Notes under the pieces: generated by a model
Seen by the model: only the letters and a program-made list of their open reading frames with translations
What the model was told of the DNA's origin: nothing
Database searches by the model: none
Program-made: the position numbers and the translations under genes
Shown here: positions 19,141 to 27,249 of the stretch, one piece after another
How the letters are laid out: every line of letters starts with the position of its first letter
Numbering within the stretch: position 1 is the stretch's first letter
Assembly: GCA_049513025.1 (NCBI GenBank)
Contig: JBEKWM010000002.1
Span: forward strand, 123,280-187,279
Direction of reading: 5' to 3'
Length of the DNA stretch: 64,000 nucleotides
Source: Sedimentisphaerales bacterium
Lineage (GTDB): Bacteria > Planctomycetota > Phycisphaerae > Sedimentisphaerales > Anaerobacaceae

Positions 19141-19875
19141 ATGACGAACTTATTATGGACATTTCAAAACCGCGTAACGCATTTGCAGCCCTCGTTGCTT
19201 TTGACGCTCGCGGCCGTTACCATCGCGGCGGGCCTGTTTGTCTGGCTCGGCGGACTCGGCTTCAGAAAAATTATGTTTGTCGCAATAGGCCTCTTTTTCG
19301 GCGCATTCTGCACATTACTTTCTTCCGGCACAAATCTGTTTCTCGCCGCTGCCATTATTGGCATCTGTGCAATGCTGGCGCTTACATTGCAGGAAACGTT
19401 TCTTGTGCTGATCGCCTCGGCCTTAGCCGCCGGAATTGGCTATTTTCTGCTGATTCGGCCTTACTTCCATCCGTCCAGCAACATTTTGGCGGTAATCAGA
19501 CAGTTGACCATCGGCGTCCCATACTACAACTGGCCCATACTGCTGGCATTGACCGCCGTCCCATTTGTGGCGGCATCCTGGCTGGGCGCCTCAGCCCTTT
19601 TTAGTTCAGCCGCGGGAACAATACTTATCCTGGCGGGGACGATTATGGCTCTATTGAATTTCGACTATCCGGCCGTCGGCTATATGACCACCAGGCAGGA
19701 TATTTACATCGCGATAATCGCCCTGGCGACAATCCTTGGCACTATCGCCCAATTGTGGCTGTTGCCGAAGATTAGCACGCTATTTGTTGCCGTCAAGGTC
19801 AAAGTTAAAAAAGTCAAGGCCAGGAAAAGAGATACCGAGGCAACGGCCAAAACCTCAACCTGGCGCACTGCTTAA
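19141..19875 (+). CDS. hypothetical polytopic membrane protein
   Basis: 244 aa. About 6 hydrophobic helices and a Lys-rich C-terminal tail. No motif recognised. Confidence 0.6.
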   Translation: MTNLLWTFQNRVTHLQPSLLLTLAAVTIAAGLFVWLGGLGFRKIMFVAIGLFFGAFCTLLSSGTNLFLAAAIIGICAMLALTLQETFLVLIASALAAGIGYFLLIRPYFHPSSNILAVIRQLTIGVPYYNWPILLALTAVPFVAASWLGASALFSSAAGTILILAGTIMALLNFDYPAVGYMTTRQDIYIAIIALATILGTIAQLWLLPKISTLFVAVKVKVKKVKARKRDTEATAKTSTWRTA

Positions 19876-19920
19876 ACCCCCGACTTGTCGGGCTTGAATG
19901 TCGAAGAAGGAGAAGAGTAA

Positions 19921-20619
19921 ATGAGTTTTTCGTTGCTTTTGGCGAAAACATCACATCATCTTGACAACGCTACCGTTGAGTACGGCACTAAATATGTCCT
20001 CCGTGCCCTCGATTTCGTCTGGCAGCAGACCAGCATCCTCACATGGCTCCAAGCCGTTATCGGTATATCATTCGGCGTTATCGTCCTTATGTACGGCTGG
20101 CGAATTTACAAGGCACTCACCGTAATTGGCTTTGGCATCCTCGGCCTCTATCTCGGCTTGTGGATTGGCAATCAGTTCCAAAAACCCCTCCCCGGCGCAA
20201 TCGTCGGGTGCGTTCTTCTGGTCATCTTGGCAATCCCACTTATGCGGTGGGCGGTCGCGGTCCTCGGCGCAGTCGCGGGCGGCATCCTCGCTGCCGGTAT
20301 ATGGCACTCTTGTAATCTTCCGCAGGAATATGTCTGGGCGGGCGGCCTTATCGGCTTCGTCGCGGGCGGGATGATTTCATTCGTCGTCTTCAAACTCGCC
20401 GTGATGCTCTTCACAAGCTTAAGCGGGACATCACTTATCGTCATCGGCGCCTTCGCCCTCATCTATCGCTACGAAACCTTTGCCAGCGACCCGCCAACAA
20501 CGCATCTCAACCATCTCTATTACAGCAATCCCTGGTTCTTGCCTTTATTGCTCACCGCCGGCACATTACTCGGCATCATACTCCAATTCGGGTTTTTCAA
20601 GGGATCAACAAAGGAATAG
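19921..20619 (+). CDS. hypothetical polytopic membrane protein (DUF4203-like topology)
   Basis: GGAG RBS. 232 aa with 6-7 TM helices. Confidence 0.65.
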   Translation: MSFSLLLAKTSHHLDNATVEYGTKYVLRALDFVWQQTSILTWLQAVIGISFGVIVLMYGWRIYKALTVIGFGILGLYLGLWIGNQFQKPLPGAIVGCVLLVILAIPLMRWAVAVLGAVAGGILAAGIWHSCNLPQEYVWAGGLIGFVAGGMISFVVFKLAVMLFTSLSGTSLIVIGAFALIYRYETFASDPPTTHLNHLYYSNPWFLPLLLTAGTLLGIILQFGFFKGSTKE

Positions 20620-20934
20620 TCCGTATAGTGCCGCGAATACCCCGGAATGTTTACCCGCCGGTCAGTTTGGTGGGTTTACCCGCCTTCTTTGTGGCGGGTC
20701 GTTATCCGGGTTCGTCTAACCAAATTTCGGGCGATTCTTTAATTTCTTGCAAAGAAAATTGCCTAATTTAACATCAAAGGTCTTATAATATATTGCCACG
20801 GTATTCCTTTTGCCGGAAAACCAAAATTTTTTAAGTAAAACCCACAAATTGCCCAAATACTCTAATCTACCCAATTTAACACTGCCGATAGAGTAGGTAT
20901 CGAAGTTAAATTACTCTAATATGGAGATTAGATT

Positions 20935-21270
20935 ATGAGCGAAGCGACAGTAGCGACTGAACAAAGGAAAAATACAAGAACACCGGTTGCCTGGCCGGTA
21001 AGCGTCTGGCTGCCGGAAGCAAACAGGTTCTTCAACGGCAGAAGCTCCAATATCAGCAGTGGCGGCGTGCTGGTGCGCATTCCGGCGACTACGCCTTTGC
21101 GAACCGGGCACGTTGTCGAGTTGAATTTCCCGCGCACAATGGCGCTGGCCAAGAGAAAAGGCAGCTTCGCGCGGATTAAGAGCGGACGAGTGGTGCGAAT
21201 CGAACGAGGCGAATTGCTTGACGACGGCTCAATAGGCATTGGCATCGTCTTTGAAAGTATCGAGTCGTAA
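20935..21270 (+). CDS. PilZ domain protein (c-di-GMP receptor type)
   Basis: GGAG RBS. QRKNTR (RxxxR) and NISSGG (D/NxSxxG) motifs at the correct spacing. Confidence 0.75.
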   Translation: MSEATVATEQRKNTRTPVAWPVSVWLPEANRFFNGRSSNISSGGVLVRIPATTPLRTGHVVELNFPRTMALAKRKGSFARIKSGRVVRIERGELLDDGSIGIGIVFESIES

Positions 21271-21347
21271 CCACGGATTGACACGGATTTACACGGATTA
21301 ACACTGTAAAAAAACAATTCTCTGTGTTTTCTGTGTAATCTGTGGTT
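21271..21347 (+). repeat. inverted pair of decamer-repeat arms (CACGGATT x3-4 / TCTGTG x3) forming an imperfect hairpin
   Basis: CACGG/CACTG start at 21272, 21282, 21292, 21302 (exact 10-nt period). CTGTG starts at 21322, 21331, 21340. The element begins 1 nt after the PilZ stop. Confidence 0.85.
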
Positions 21348-21721
21348 AAAAAGTTAATTCGAAATAAGAAGTGCCATGGGGCACTTTCTGACAGCACACG
21401 GGTTTGGGGAAAAGCTATTGGCCGGCGAAGAATTGGGAGACCGCCGGCCAGTTTTTTTTGCCCTTTTTTTAGACGCAGATTCCTTCGACTACTGCTCAGG
21501 ACAGGTAACGCAGATTTACGCTGTTTTTTTCAGACACGGATTAACACTGTTTTTGCTCGGCTTTGGTGTACTCAGCCAAGGGCGTTCTCAATACGAGTGT
21601 CTGCGACGCCCTTTTGCTTCGTCCACAGATGCGTTAGAAACGCCTCTTTCTTTTTAAGCCGAGAAAAACCACAGATTCACCCCGTGAGATAGGCGAAGCC
21701 GCCATCTAACGGGGGTTGGCA

Positions 21722-21865
21722 TTAACTTTCTTTCATCCGGCCGAGTTTGTAACCCAAATAGGCGACCACAGCTATGCCAATAATATGAACGACAAACCAT
21801 CCGCCGTGAAGAAATTGAAAGCTCTCGGGCAGGGCCACTAACAGCAGATTCGTATGCTCAACCAT
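21722..21865 (-). CDS. unannotated 47-aa hydrophobic micro-protein
   Basis: Below the ORF-track cutoff. ATG 21865 is preceded by AAGGAG at 8-nt spacing. Translation MVEHTNLLLVALPESFQFLHGGWFVVHIIGIAVVAYLGYKLGRMKES has one TM helix. Confidence 0.4.
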   Translation of the reverse strand: MVEHTNLLLVALPESFQFLHGGWFVVHIIGIAVVAYLGYKLGRMKES

Positions 21866-22175
21866 TGTTCTACTCCTTAACCTAATTCAGGATTAGTTTC
21901 GAACGCCTGTTTTTTTGAGACATGATGCCGGCTGCCATTGTCTCAAAGCCGACATAAGGCCGCAACTCTTTTCTGGTCATTCTGTGCCGTCTCTGCCTTT
22001 TTTATTAGCCACTCCCGTTCCCGGAAGGGACGCCTTTCGGCGAGATTTCACGGATTACACGGTTTTCTGCTGTTGTAAAAAGACAGGGGTTAGAGGATTG
22101 GGGGTTGTTTTATTGTTAATAGTCAGTAAGATAAATAGAAAGAAAAACAATAGCCATGGTATGGAGACCAGATAA

Positions 22176-22559
22176 ATGATTACAGATACTCATAAAACTG
22201 CGGCAAGGTCTCTCTTTGGAGAAGTTGCAGTAAATCGAACCGACATGCCTTTGTTTGTGAACAAGACAAAGTTTATAGAAGCAATTCGACTGTTCAAAGA
22301 GCAAGACAACCTTTCAAAACTTAGATATGCGGTATTGGATTTAGAAGGTAATCTACACAGTGTGAAAGACGACAAGATAGGCGTTCTAAACATACACAGC
22401 AATGGGGATACAATCAACTTTAGCCAGAGACACTTGCTTGACCAGCTTGACCAAATTGCTGATTCGCAGACATTGGAGCGTGCGAAGTACTATACTGAGC
22501 GTCTTGAAAAAGCCATGACGGAAATTCGAACTAATAACATCAATGTAGATTTGAACTGA
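22176..22559 (+). CDS. hypothetical protein (first gene of AT-rich block II)
   Basis: 127 aa. GGAG 9 nt upstream. No motif recognised. Confidence 0.55.
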   Translation: MITDTHKTAARSLFGEVAVNRTDMPLFVNKTKFIEAIRLFKEQDNLSKLRYAVLDLEGNLHSVKDDKIGVLNIHSNGDTINFSQRHLLDQLDQIADSQTLERAKYYTERLEKAMTEIRTNNINVDLN

Positions 22560-22632
22560 CCTAATGAATATTGATATTATTAAACGGAGAGGACAAGCAG
22601 TAATTAGTGAATGATCTCTGGGAATATGGAAT

Positions 22633-22953
22633 ATGGGAACAATAGAGGTTTCAAGTAAAGTACTCAGAAAGTGCCCAAGATGTAGTGCTCAGTTATATGA
22701 AGAAGTATATGAGGACGAAAAGACAATATATCTGGTGTGTGAAAAAAATGGGTGCGGGTATGAGAAGAAAATAAAATACAAGCACTTAAAATTCTCTTTC
22801 ACATACAGAGATGAATTTACAACAGACGTAGTGGCAAAAAATATTGAAGAAGCAATGAAAAAGATAGAAAGTGTGGATTGGAAGAGGACAGATTGTGATT
22901 TGTGGGAAGACTATCTTGATGTAGAATACTCACCTGTGGTAAAGTTGACTTAA
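22633..22953 (+). CDS. hypothetical zinc-ribbon protein
   Basis: 106 aa. CPRC...(18 aa)...CEKNGC four-Cys ribbon near the N-terminus. Confidence 0.55.
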   Translation: MGTIEVSSKVLRKCPRCSAQLYEEVYEDEKTIYLVCEKNGCGYEKKIKYKHLKFSFTYRDEFTTDVVAKNIEEAMKKIESVDWKRTDCDLWEDYLDVEYSPVVKLT

Positions 22954-22980
22954 TAGGGTATTATAAAGGTAGAGTAGTCA

Positions 22981-23160
22981 ATGGCGAAGTATATGATTAG
23001 AATTATCGCAGAGGTGGATTCATCTTTATCCAAGACAGATTTGGAATCACGATTGGTAGCGTCGCTATTTGATGTAGAATCTGAAGAAAAACTTAGTGAT
23101 GGGGACAATAACCATTTTTGTATAGTGGATTATGATTTGACAGAGGCGATACCAATATGA
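22981..23160 (+). CDS. unannotated 59-aa acidic protein, translationally coupled to the downstream nuclease
   Basis: Just below the 60-aa ORF-track cutoff. Translation MAKYMIRIIAEVDSSLSKTDLESRLVASLFDVESEEKLSDGDNNHFCIVDYDLTEAIPI. Its TGA (23158-23160) overlaps ATG 23157 (ATGA). Confidence 0.45.
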   Translation: MAKYMIRIIAEVDSSLSKTDLESRLVASLFDVESEEKLSDGDNNHFCIVDYDLTEAIPI

Positions 23161-24194
23161 AGGCGCATGTACTTATAACCAGCGCCGAAACTTTTCCTGT
23201 ATGCAGAGACAGGCTCTTTTGGGGCATCGGGACTCCCGATTGCCCGCTTAGTTTCGAAGAATGGGCGGACCCAGCCAATTCTAGAAAACCATACCTTAAA
23301 ATGCTCGTTGATATGACGAGTGTTAGCATTGGTGACCTGATATTTCTATACGAGAGGCAGGCAGGGTTCCACGGTGTCTATAAAGTAGTAAGTCCTTTAT
23401 TTTTTGACACCGAAAATGTGACTAACAAGGACAATCTTTCTGTAGGAAGTCAGTGGCCCCTTCGAATGAAACTGGAAAATGTATATTACTTTCCAAAACC
23501 GGTTCCCGAAGATTTGTTGTTCTCGACCCCACGTTATGAAAATATCTTTTGGATATGGGCTTACAGAAAAAGTCAGGGGCCTCGTGGTTGTAACACGATA
23601 ACTCCTGAAGCAACAGAGGCTTTAATAGAGTTGCTTGTAAAAATTAACGGCACTGATAGCAAATACGATGATTTTGATGGTTACACACCACCCGAATTTA
23701 AATCCGTCACGCTACAATTAGCTAAAAACGGAGAAAGGGTCGCCCTCGAAGATATTCTCAGAGGATATATCTTGGCGCATTTGGAGACAGGGGAAGGGTT
23801 GGAAGATATTTTCGGCCCCAAAGAAGATATTGAATGGTACGCTAACAACGTTCCGTACCATATAACTCAGAAGAACATTGACATTCTTGTCTTTCATAAA
23901 AACTTCCGATACACTTCCGTTCCTCTACGTTATAAATATTCCGTTGCTGAATTGAAAAAGGACGAGGCATCACCCAAAGATATCAGCCAACTTTTAAGGT
24001 ATTCCTTATGGGTAAGTGGGCGACTTGCCGATGGTGAAGCGGAGATGATTCAACCTATTCTAATAGCGCACGATTTTTCTGACGAAACTATTAAGAAAGC
24101 AAAAGCCTCTGATTTCAACGATAGAGGCATAGTGCTAGTCAAATACAAAGCCGTGAGTGAAGAAAGAATCATTTTTGAGGTTCTCGGAAAGTAA
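23157..24194 (+). CDS. PUA/EVE-like N-terminal domain fused to NucS/Shedu-like PD-(D/E)xK endonuclease domain
   Basis: 345 aa. The N-terminus (LFWGIG...SIGDLIFLYERQAGFHGVYKVVSP) resembles EVE/PUA-like barrels. The C-terminus has ALEDIL(E198)...NIDILVF(D242)...VAELKKD(E265-x-K267)...QLLRY(Q278/Y282), the nuclease-core pattern. Confidence 0.6.
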   Translation: MKAHVLITSAETFPVCRDRLFWGIGTPDCPLSFEEWADPANSRKPYLKMLVDMTSVSIGDLIFLYERQAGFHGVYKVVSPLFFDTENVTNKDNLSVGSQWPLRMKLENVYYFPKPVPEDLLFSTPRYENIFWIWAYRKSQGPRGCNTITPEATEALIELLVKINGTDSKYDDFDGYTPPEFKSVTLQLAKNGERVALEDILRGYILAHLETGEGLEDIFGPKEDIEWYANNVPYHITQKNIDILVFHKNFRYTSVPLRYKYSVAELKKDEASPKDISQLLRYSLWVSGRLADGEAEMIQPILIAHDFSDETIKKAKASDFNDRGIVLVKYKAVSEERIIFEVLGK

Positions 24195-24242
24195 GTATTT
24201 AGGATTTGAAGCAACCAAAGTGACAAGCTAAGACGTGTGGAA

Positions 24243-24548
24243 ATGGCGGGATTGGACGAACTAACTGCATATACAAAATTGAAGAGAGGAATCTGTCTGC
24301 GTGTCTTGGGTGCTATTCAGAAAGAATGTGGGGAGATCGGGAACGAGCAGATTGAAGATGATTATATTTCTTTCGAGGTTTATAGCGATTACTTCGAGGA
24401 TGCACCAAGAGCAATAAGAAATGGCCGATTTACGTTGAAACTGGTCGATAAATTCGACGATCCATTTTTTACGCTAATATATAGAATACAAATTCATAGG
24501 AAGGGGGTAGGGAGGCGGAGGTCGATGACAGAGGGATTGAAGACTTGA
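24243..24548 (+). CDS. hypothetical protein
   Basis: The ORF is open from GTG 24237; the first ATG is 24243. About 101 aa. No motif recognised. Confidence 0.45.
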   Translation: MAGLDELTAYTKLKRGICLRVLGAIQKECGEIGNEQIEDDYISFEVYSDYFEDAPRAIRNGRFTLKLVDKFDDPFFTLIYRIQIHRKGVGRRRSMTEGLKT

Positions 24549-24564
24549 AGATAGTGGAGTTGTA

Positions 24565-25407
24565 ATGGAAACGACAAAAATAGCAGTATTCAAAGGCAGA
24601 GAGGTCAGAAAGACCATACATAACAACGAATGGTGGTTTTCGATAACGGATATTATCGAAGCTCTGACGGGAAATGAAAGATCGAGGAAATACTGGAATG
24701 ACCTGAAAAATAAGCTCATAAAAGAGGGCTATTCTGAAGTGTCCGAAAAAATCGGACAGTTGAAATTACAGGCTCCAGACGGGAAACAACGTCTCACCGA
24801 TTGCGCAAATACAGAAACGCTGTTCAGGATAATTCAGACGATTCCATCGCCGAAGGCCGAACCCTTCAAGCGCTGGCTTGCGAAGGTGGGTTATGAACGT
24901 GTCCAGGAAATTGAAGACCCCGAACTTGGAACAAAAAGGACCCGCGCTTTGTACAAGGCCAAGGGGTATCCTGATGGCTGGATAGAGAAGCGTATGCGAG
25001 GAATCGCGATACGCGAGGAATTGACGGACGAATGGAAAGAACGGGGCGTAAAAGAAGAACCGGAATACGCCATCCTAACCGCGGAAATCTCGAAGGCGAC
25101 GTTCGGAGTAACGCCTTCACAATATAAACGGCTTAAAGGATTGAAACGTGAAAATCTGCGGGACCATATGAACGACCTCGAACTGATATTCAATATGTTG
25201 GGCGAGGCGGCAACGACGGAGATTGCAAGGGAAAAGGACGCACGCGGTTTCATAGAAAACAAAGTTGCTGCGAATAAAGGCGGCCAGATAGCGGGAAAAG
25301 CGAGAAAGGAACTTGAATCGCAGACCGGAAAGCGAGTCGTATCCCGTAAGAATTATCTGGAGGGACCTCCGGATAGAAAAGCATTGCCGGAGAAGAACAG
25401 ACGATGA
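24565..25407 (+). CDS. BRO-N domain / DinD-like (DNA-damage-inducible protein D family) protein
   Basis: N-terminus IAVFKGREVRKTIHNNEWWFSITDIIEALTG is BRO-N-like. The C-terminal half (LRDHMNDLELIFNMLGEAATTEI...GKARKELESQTG) parallels the E. coli DinD C-terminus. Confidence 0.75.
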   Translation: METTKIAVFKGREVRKTIHNNEWWFSITDIIEALTGNERSRKYWNDLKNKLIKEGYSEVSEKIGQLKLQAPDGKQRLTDCANTETLFRIIQTIPSPKAEPFKRWLAKVGYERVQEIEDPELGTKRTRALYKAKGYPDGWIEKRMRGIAIREELTDEWKERGVKEEPEYAILTAEISKATFGVTPSQYKRLKGLKRENLRDHMNDLELIFNMLGEAATTEIAREKDARGFIENKVAANKGGQIAGKARKELESQTGKRVVSRKNYLEGPPDRKALPEKNRR

Positions 25408-25538
25408 GCCGAACAACAATAGACCATTTAATAATTAACTCGCCTTTCGACAAGCTCAGGACAGACAGTTAGCAGCAGTTTCCAGCCCAGCTTAGAAAAC
25501 GAATCTTACAGCATTACAATAATATTGAAGCAATTACA

Positions 25539-25883
25539 TTGCGAGAAATGATACCTAACGAACTTGAAGCAGATCACAGATTTCCACAAGTCAGGTGGTC
25601 AAAAAACGAAACGTTTGATCCTGATATGTCTGATAGTCAACTTCACAACAAATTTCAACTGTTGACGCGCCAACACAATCTTTGGAAAAGTCGTTATTGT
25701 GAACATTGCGCGAAAACAGGAGAACGCGGCACGTTTATCGGTATTAATTTCTTTGCTACTGGTGGTCCAAAGTGGGATCCGCAATATCCGACGAACGACG
25801 AGCGGGGATGCTATGGTTGTTTCTGGTATGACCCAGATGTTTGGCGTCGAGCGATAAACAATGTTGTGGAAAAGCATGAATGA
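25539..25883 (+). CDS. HNH-motif endonuclease-like protein, probably an N-terminally truncated remnant
   Basis: The frame is open from 25473, with only a TTG (25539) or an internal ATG as start. ELEADHRFP...QHNLWKSRYCEHC resembles a DH...N...CxxC beta-beta-alpha-metal core. No methyltransferase is adjacent. Confidence 0.4.
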   Translation: MREMIPNELEADHRFPQVRWSKNETFDPDMSDSQLHNKFQLLTRQHNLWKSRYCEHCAKTGERGTFIGINFFATGGPKWDPQYPTNDERGCYGCFWYDPDVWRRAINNVVEKHE

Positions 25884-26080
25884 TGAATACGATTGAATAA
25901 CCGTATAATTACCTTCGGTGGGTAAACCCCGCCCTAGAACTGGATTCTCGCTTCCTTCGACTGGTTCGACGATGCTCACCACAGGCAATCTCAGGACGGA
26001 GTAGTTGCTTCAGGGAAGTTGAGCCGGGCAAACTCGCCGTGGTATAGTCCCGTCGTTCGTCGCGCGTCGCTCGTATTTCG

Positions 26081-26677
26081 TCATTTGGAATGAGACTGAG
26101 CGATTTCCGGAAAATTGAGGCGTGCAAATTCCTTATGATACATTCTTGCTGCGACATCATAGGCGCGGGCGGCGGCGATTTCGTTATCGAAGGAGCCGAG
26201 CCAGATGGATTTGCCGTTAACCTTGATTTGCGAACACCAATACCGATGCGATTTATTAAAAAAAGAACCGATAAACTGTGAGGAAGTATTTGCTTTCTTC
26301 TTCCTGTTGTGCAAATTCTGAGCCTGTGTAGCAAGGCGGAGGTTTGCCCTGCGATTATCGAGTGAATCGCCATTTATATGATCAACGACAAGGCCCTTAG
26401 GGCAATCCATAATTAACCTGTGCAAACGGACAGTAGTCGTTCGGGAAGCATCGGCCCTGACGTTGCGAACAGCATAGAATTTGTTGTCGTTTCCGCTGAT
26501 TTCCCATTTGAAGCAGCCAAAGCGGTAGTAATCCTGCTGGTCGAGAATGGTCCAGGCGTCCTCGCTGAGGTAAATCCTGCGGAAGGTGTAGCCATAGCGG
26601 AGAAGGCGAAAGACGAGCAGTGGAAAGGTGAAAAAACGGTCCAGCCAATTCGGAATACTTATGTGAATAATTGTCAT
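26081..26677 (-). CDS. HNH endonuclease + AP2 DNA-binding domain protein (homing-endonuclease-like)
   Basis: VVDHINGDSLDNRRANLRLAT (HNH_3-type) followed by YWCSQIKVNGKSIWLGSFDNEIAAARAYDVAARMYHKEFARLNFPE (AP2/ERF-type). Confidence 0.8.
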   Translation of the reverse strand: MTIIHISIPNWLDRFFTFPLLVFRLLRYGYTFRRIYLSEDAWTILDQQDYYRFGCFKWEISGNDNKFYAVRNVRADASRTTTVRLHRLIMDCPKGLVVDHINGDSLDNRRANLRLATQAQNLHNRKKKANTSSQFIGSFFNKSHRYWCSQIKVNGKSIWLGSFDNEIAAARAYDVAARMYHKEFARLNFPEIAQSHSK

Positions 26678-26695
26678 TTTCTTGCCCCCTTTTTT

Positions 26696-26720
26696 TAGCC
26701 ACAGATTACACAGATTTATT
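26696..26720 (+). repeat. solo repeat arm TAGCCACAGATTACACAGATTTATT
   Basis: Same TTTAGCCACAGA-type head as at 27087, 38871, 38885 and 61476. Followed by hairpin AGCCCCGC...GCGGGGCT (26729-26766). Confidence 0.8.
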
Positions 26721-27086
26721 TGATGCTCAGCCCCGCACTTGTCTTCGACAAGGAAACGCGGGGCTAAGGCCCAATTCGAGGAACATCGTTCCTCTATAAT
26801 TGGGCCGACTTGCGCGCTTTTGACGAAAAAACCGATTTTCGAGGAGGGCTAAAATGCACTTAAGTCGTTGTGGGATAAGGAGTAAAAAAAAATTTAAAAA
26901 TTCCCGGATTGGCCAAAAAACACATGCGCGAAAATGGATAACAGTTGTATCATACAACTGTTTGATACAGTTGTTTTATACGACTTTTTTAGTCCTGTTT
27001 TATGTCCTTATCCTGCAAGAGGTTACAGCTAAAGACCTGCGTTAAAAACGCGCAAAAAACAGGCCCAAAATGGGCAAAAAAAGAGG

Positions 27087-27122
27087 TTTAGCCACAGATT
27101 CCACAGATGGACACGGATTTAT
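27087..27122 (+). repeat. repeat arm TTTAGCCACAGATTCCACAGATGGACACGGATTTAT
   Basis: CACAG/CACGG units start at 27093, 27102 and 27112. Confidence 0.8.
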
Positions 27123-27249
27123 AACTACTTAAGAATAATGGGATTACGTTATTTTTCGCTACAAAGAAAAGAGGGGACATCCTGTCTTGTTTTCAGCGGA
27201 CGAAGATATTTTAATCGCGGAATAGCCATTCCCGTTTATAATCTCGATT

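Noticed and set aside
20649-20699. Direct repeat GTTTACCCGCC x2 and hairpin ACCCGCC/GGCGGGT after the 232-aa membrane gene
   Set aside because: It is probably just a weak terminator-like hairpin without a U-tract. There are only two short copies and nothing links them to the other repeat families.
21271-21347. A CRISPR-like reading of the CACGGATT/CACAGA arrays (also at 27087 and 38871)
   Set aside because: The units are only 9-10 nt, directly abutting with no spacers. The arrays have 3-4 units, and no cas genes are present.
21342-22175. ORFs of 86-116 aa (21342-21692, 21376-21657, 21915-22175) in the PilZ to block II spacer
   Set aside because: They run through stacked intergenic repeats, have Arg/Cys/Phe-rich low-complexity translations and lack an RBS. 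Only the 47-aa - strand ORF looks codable.
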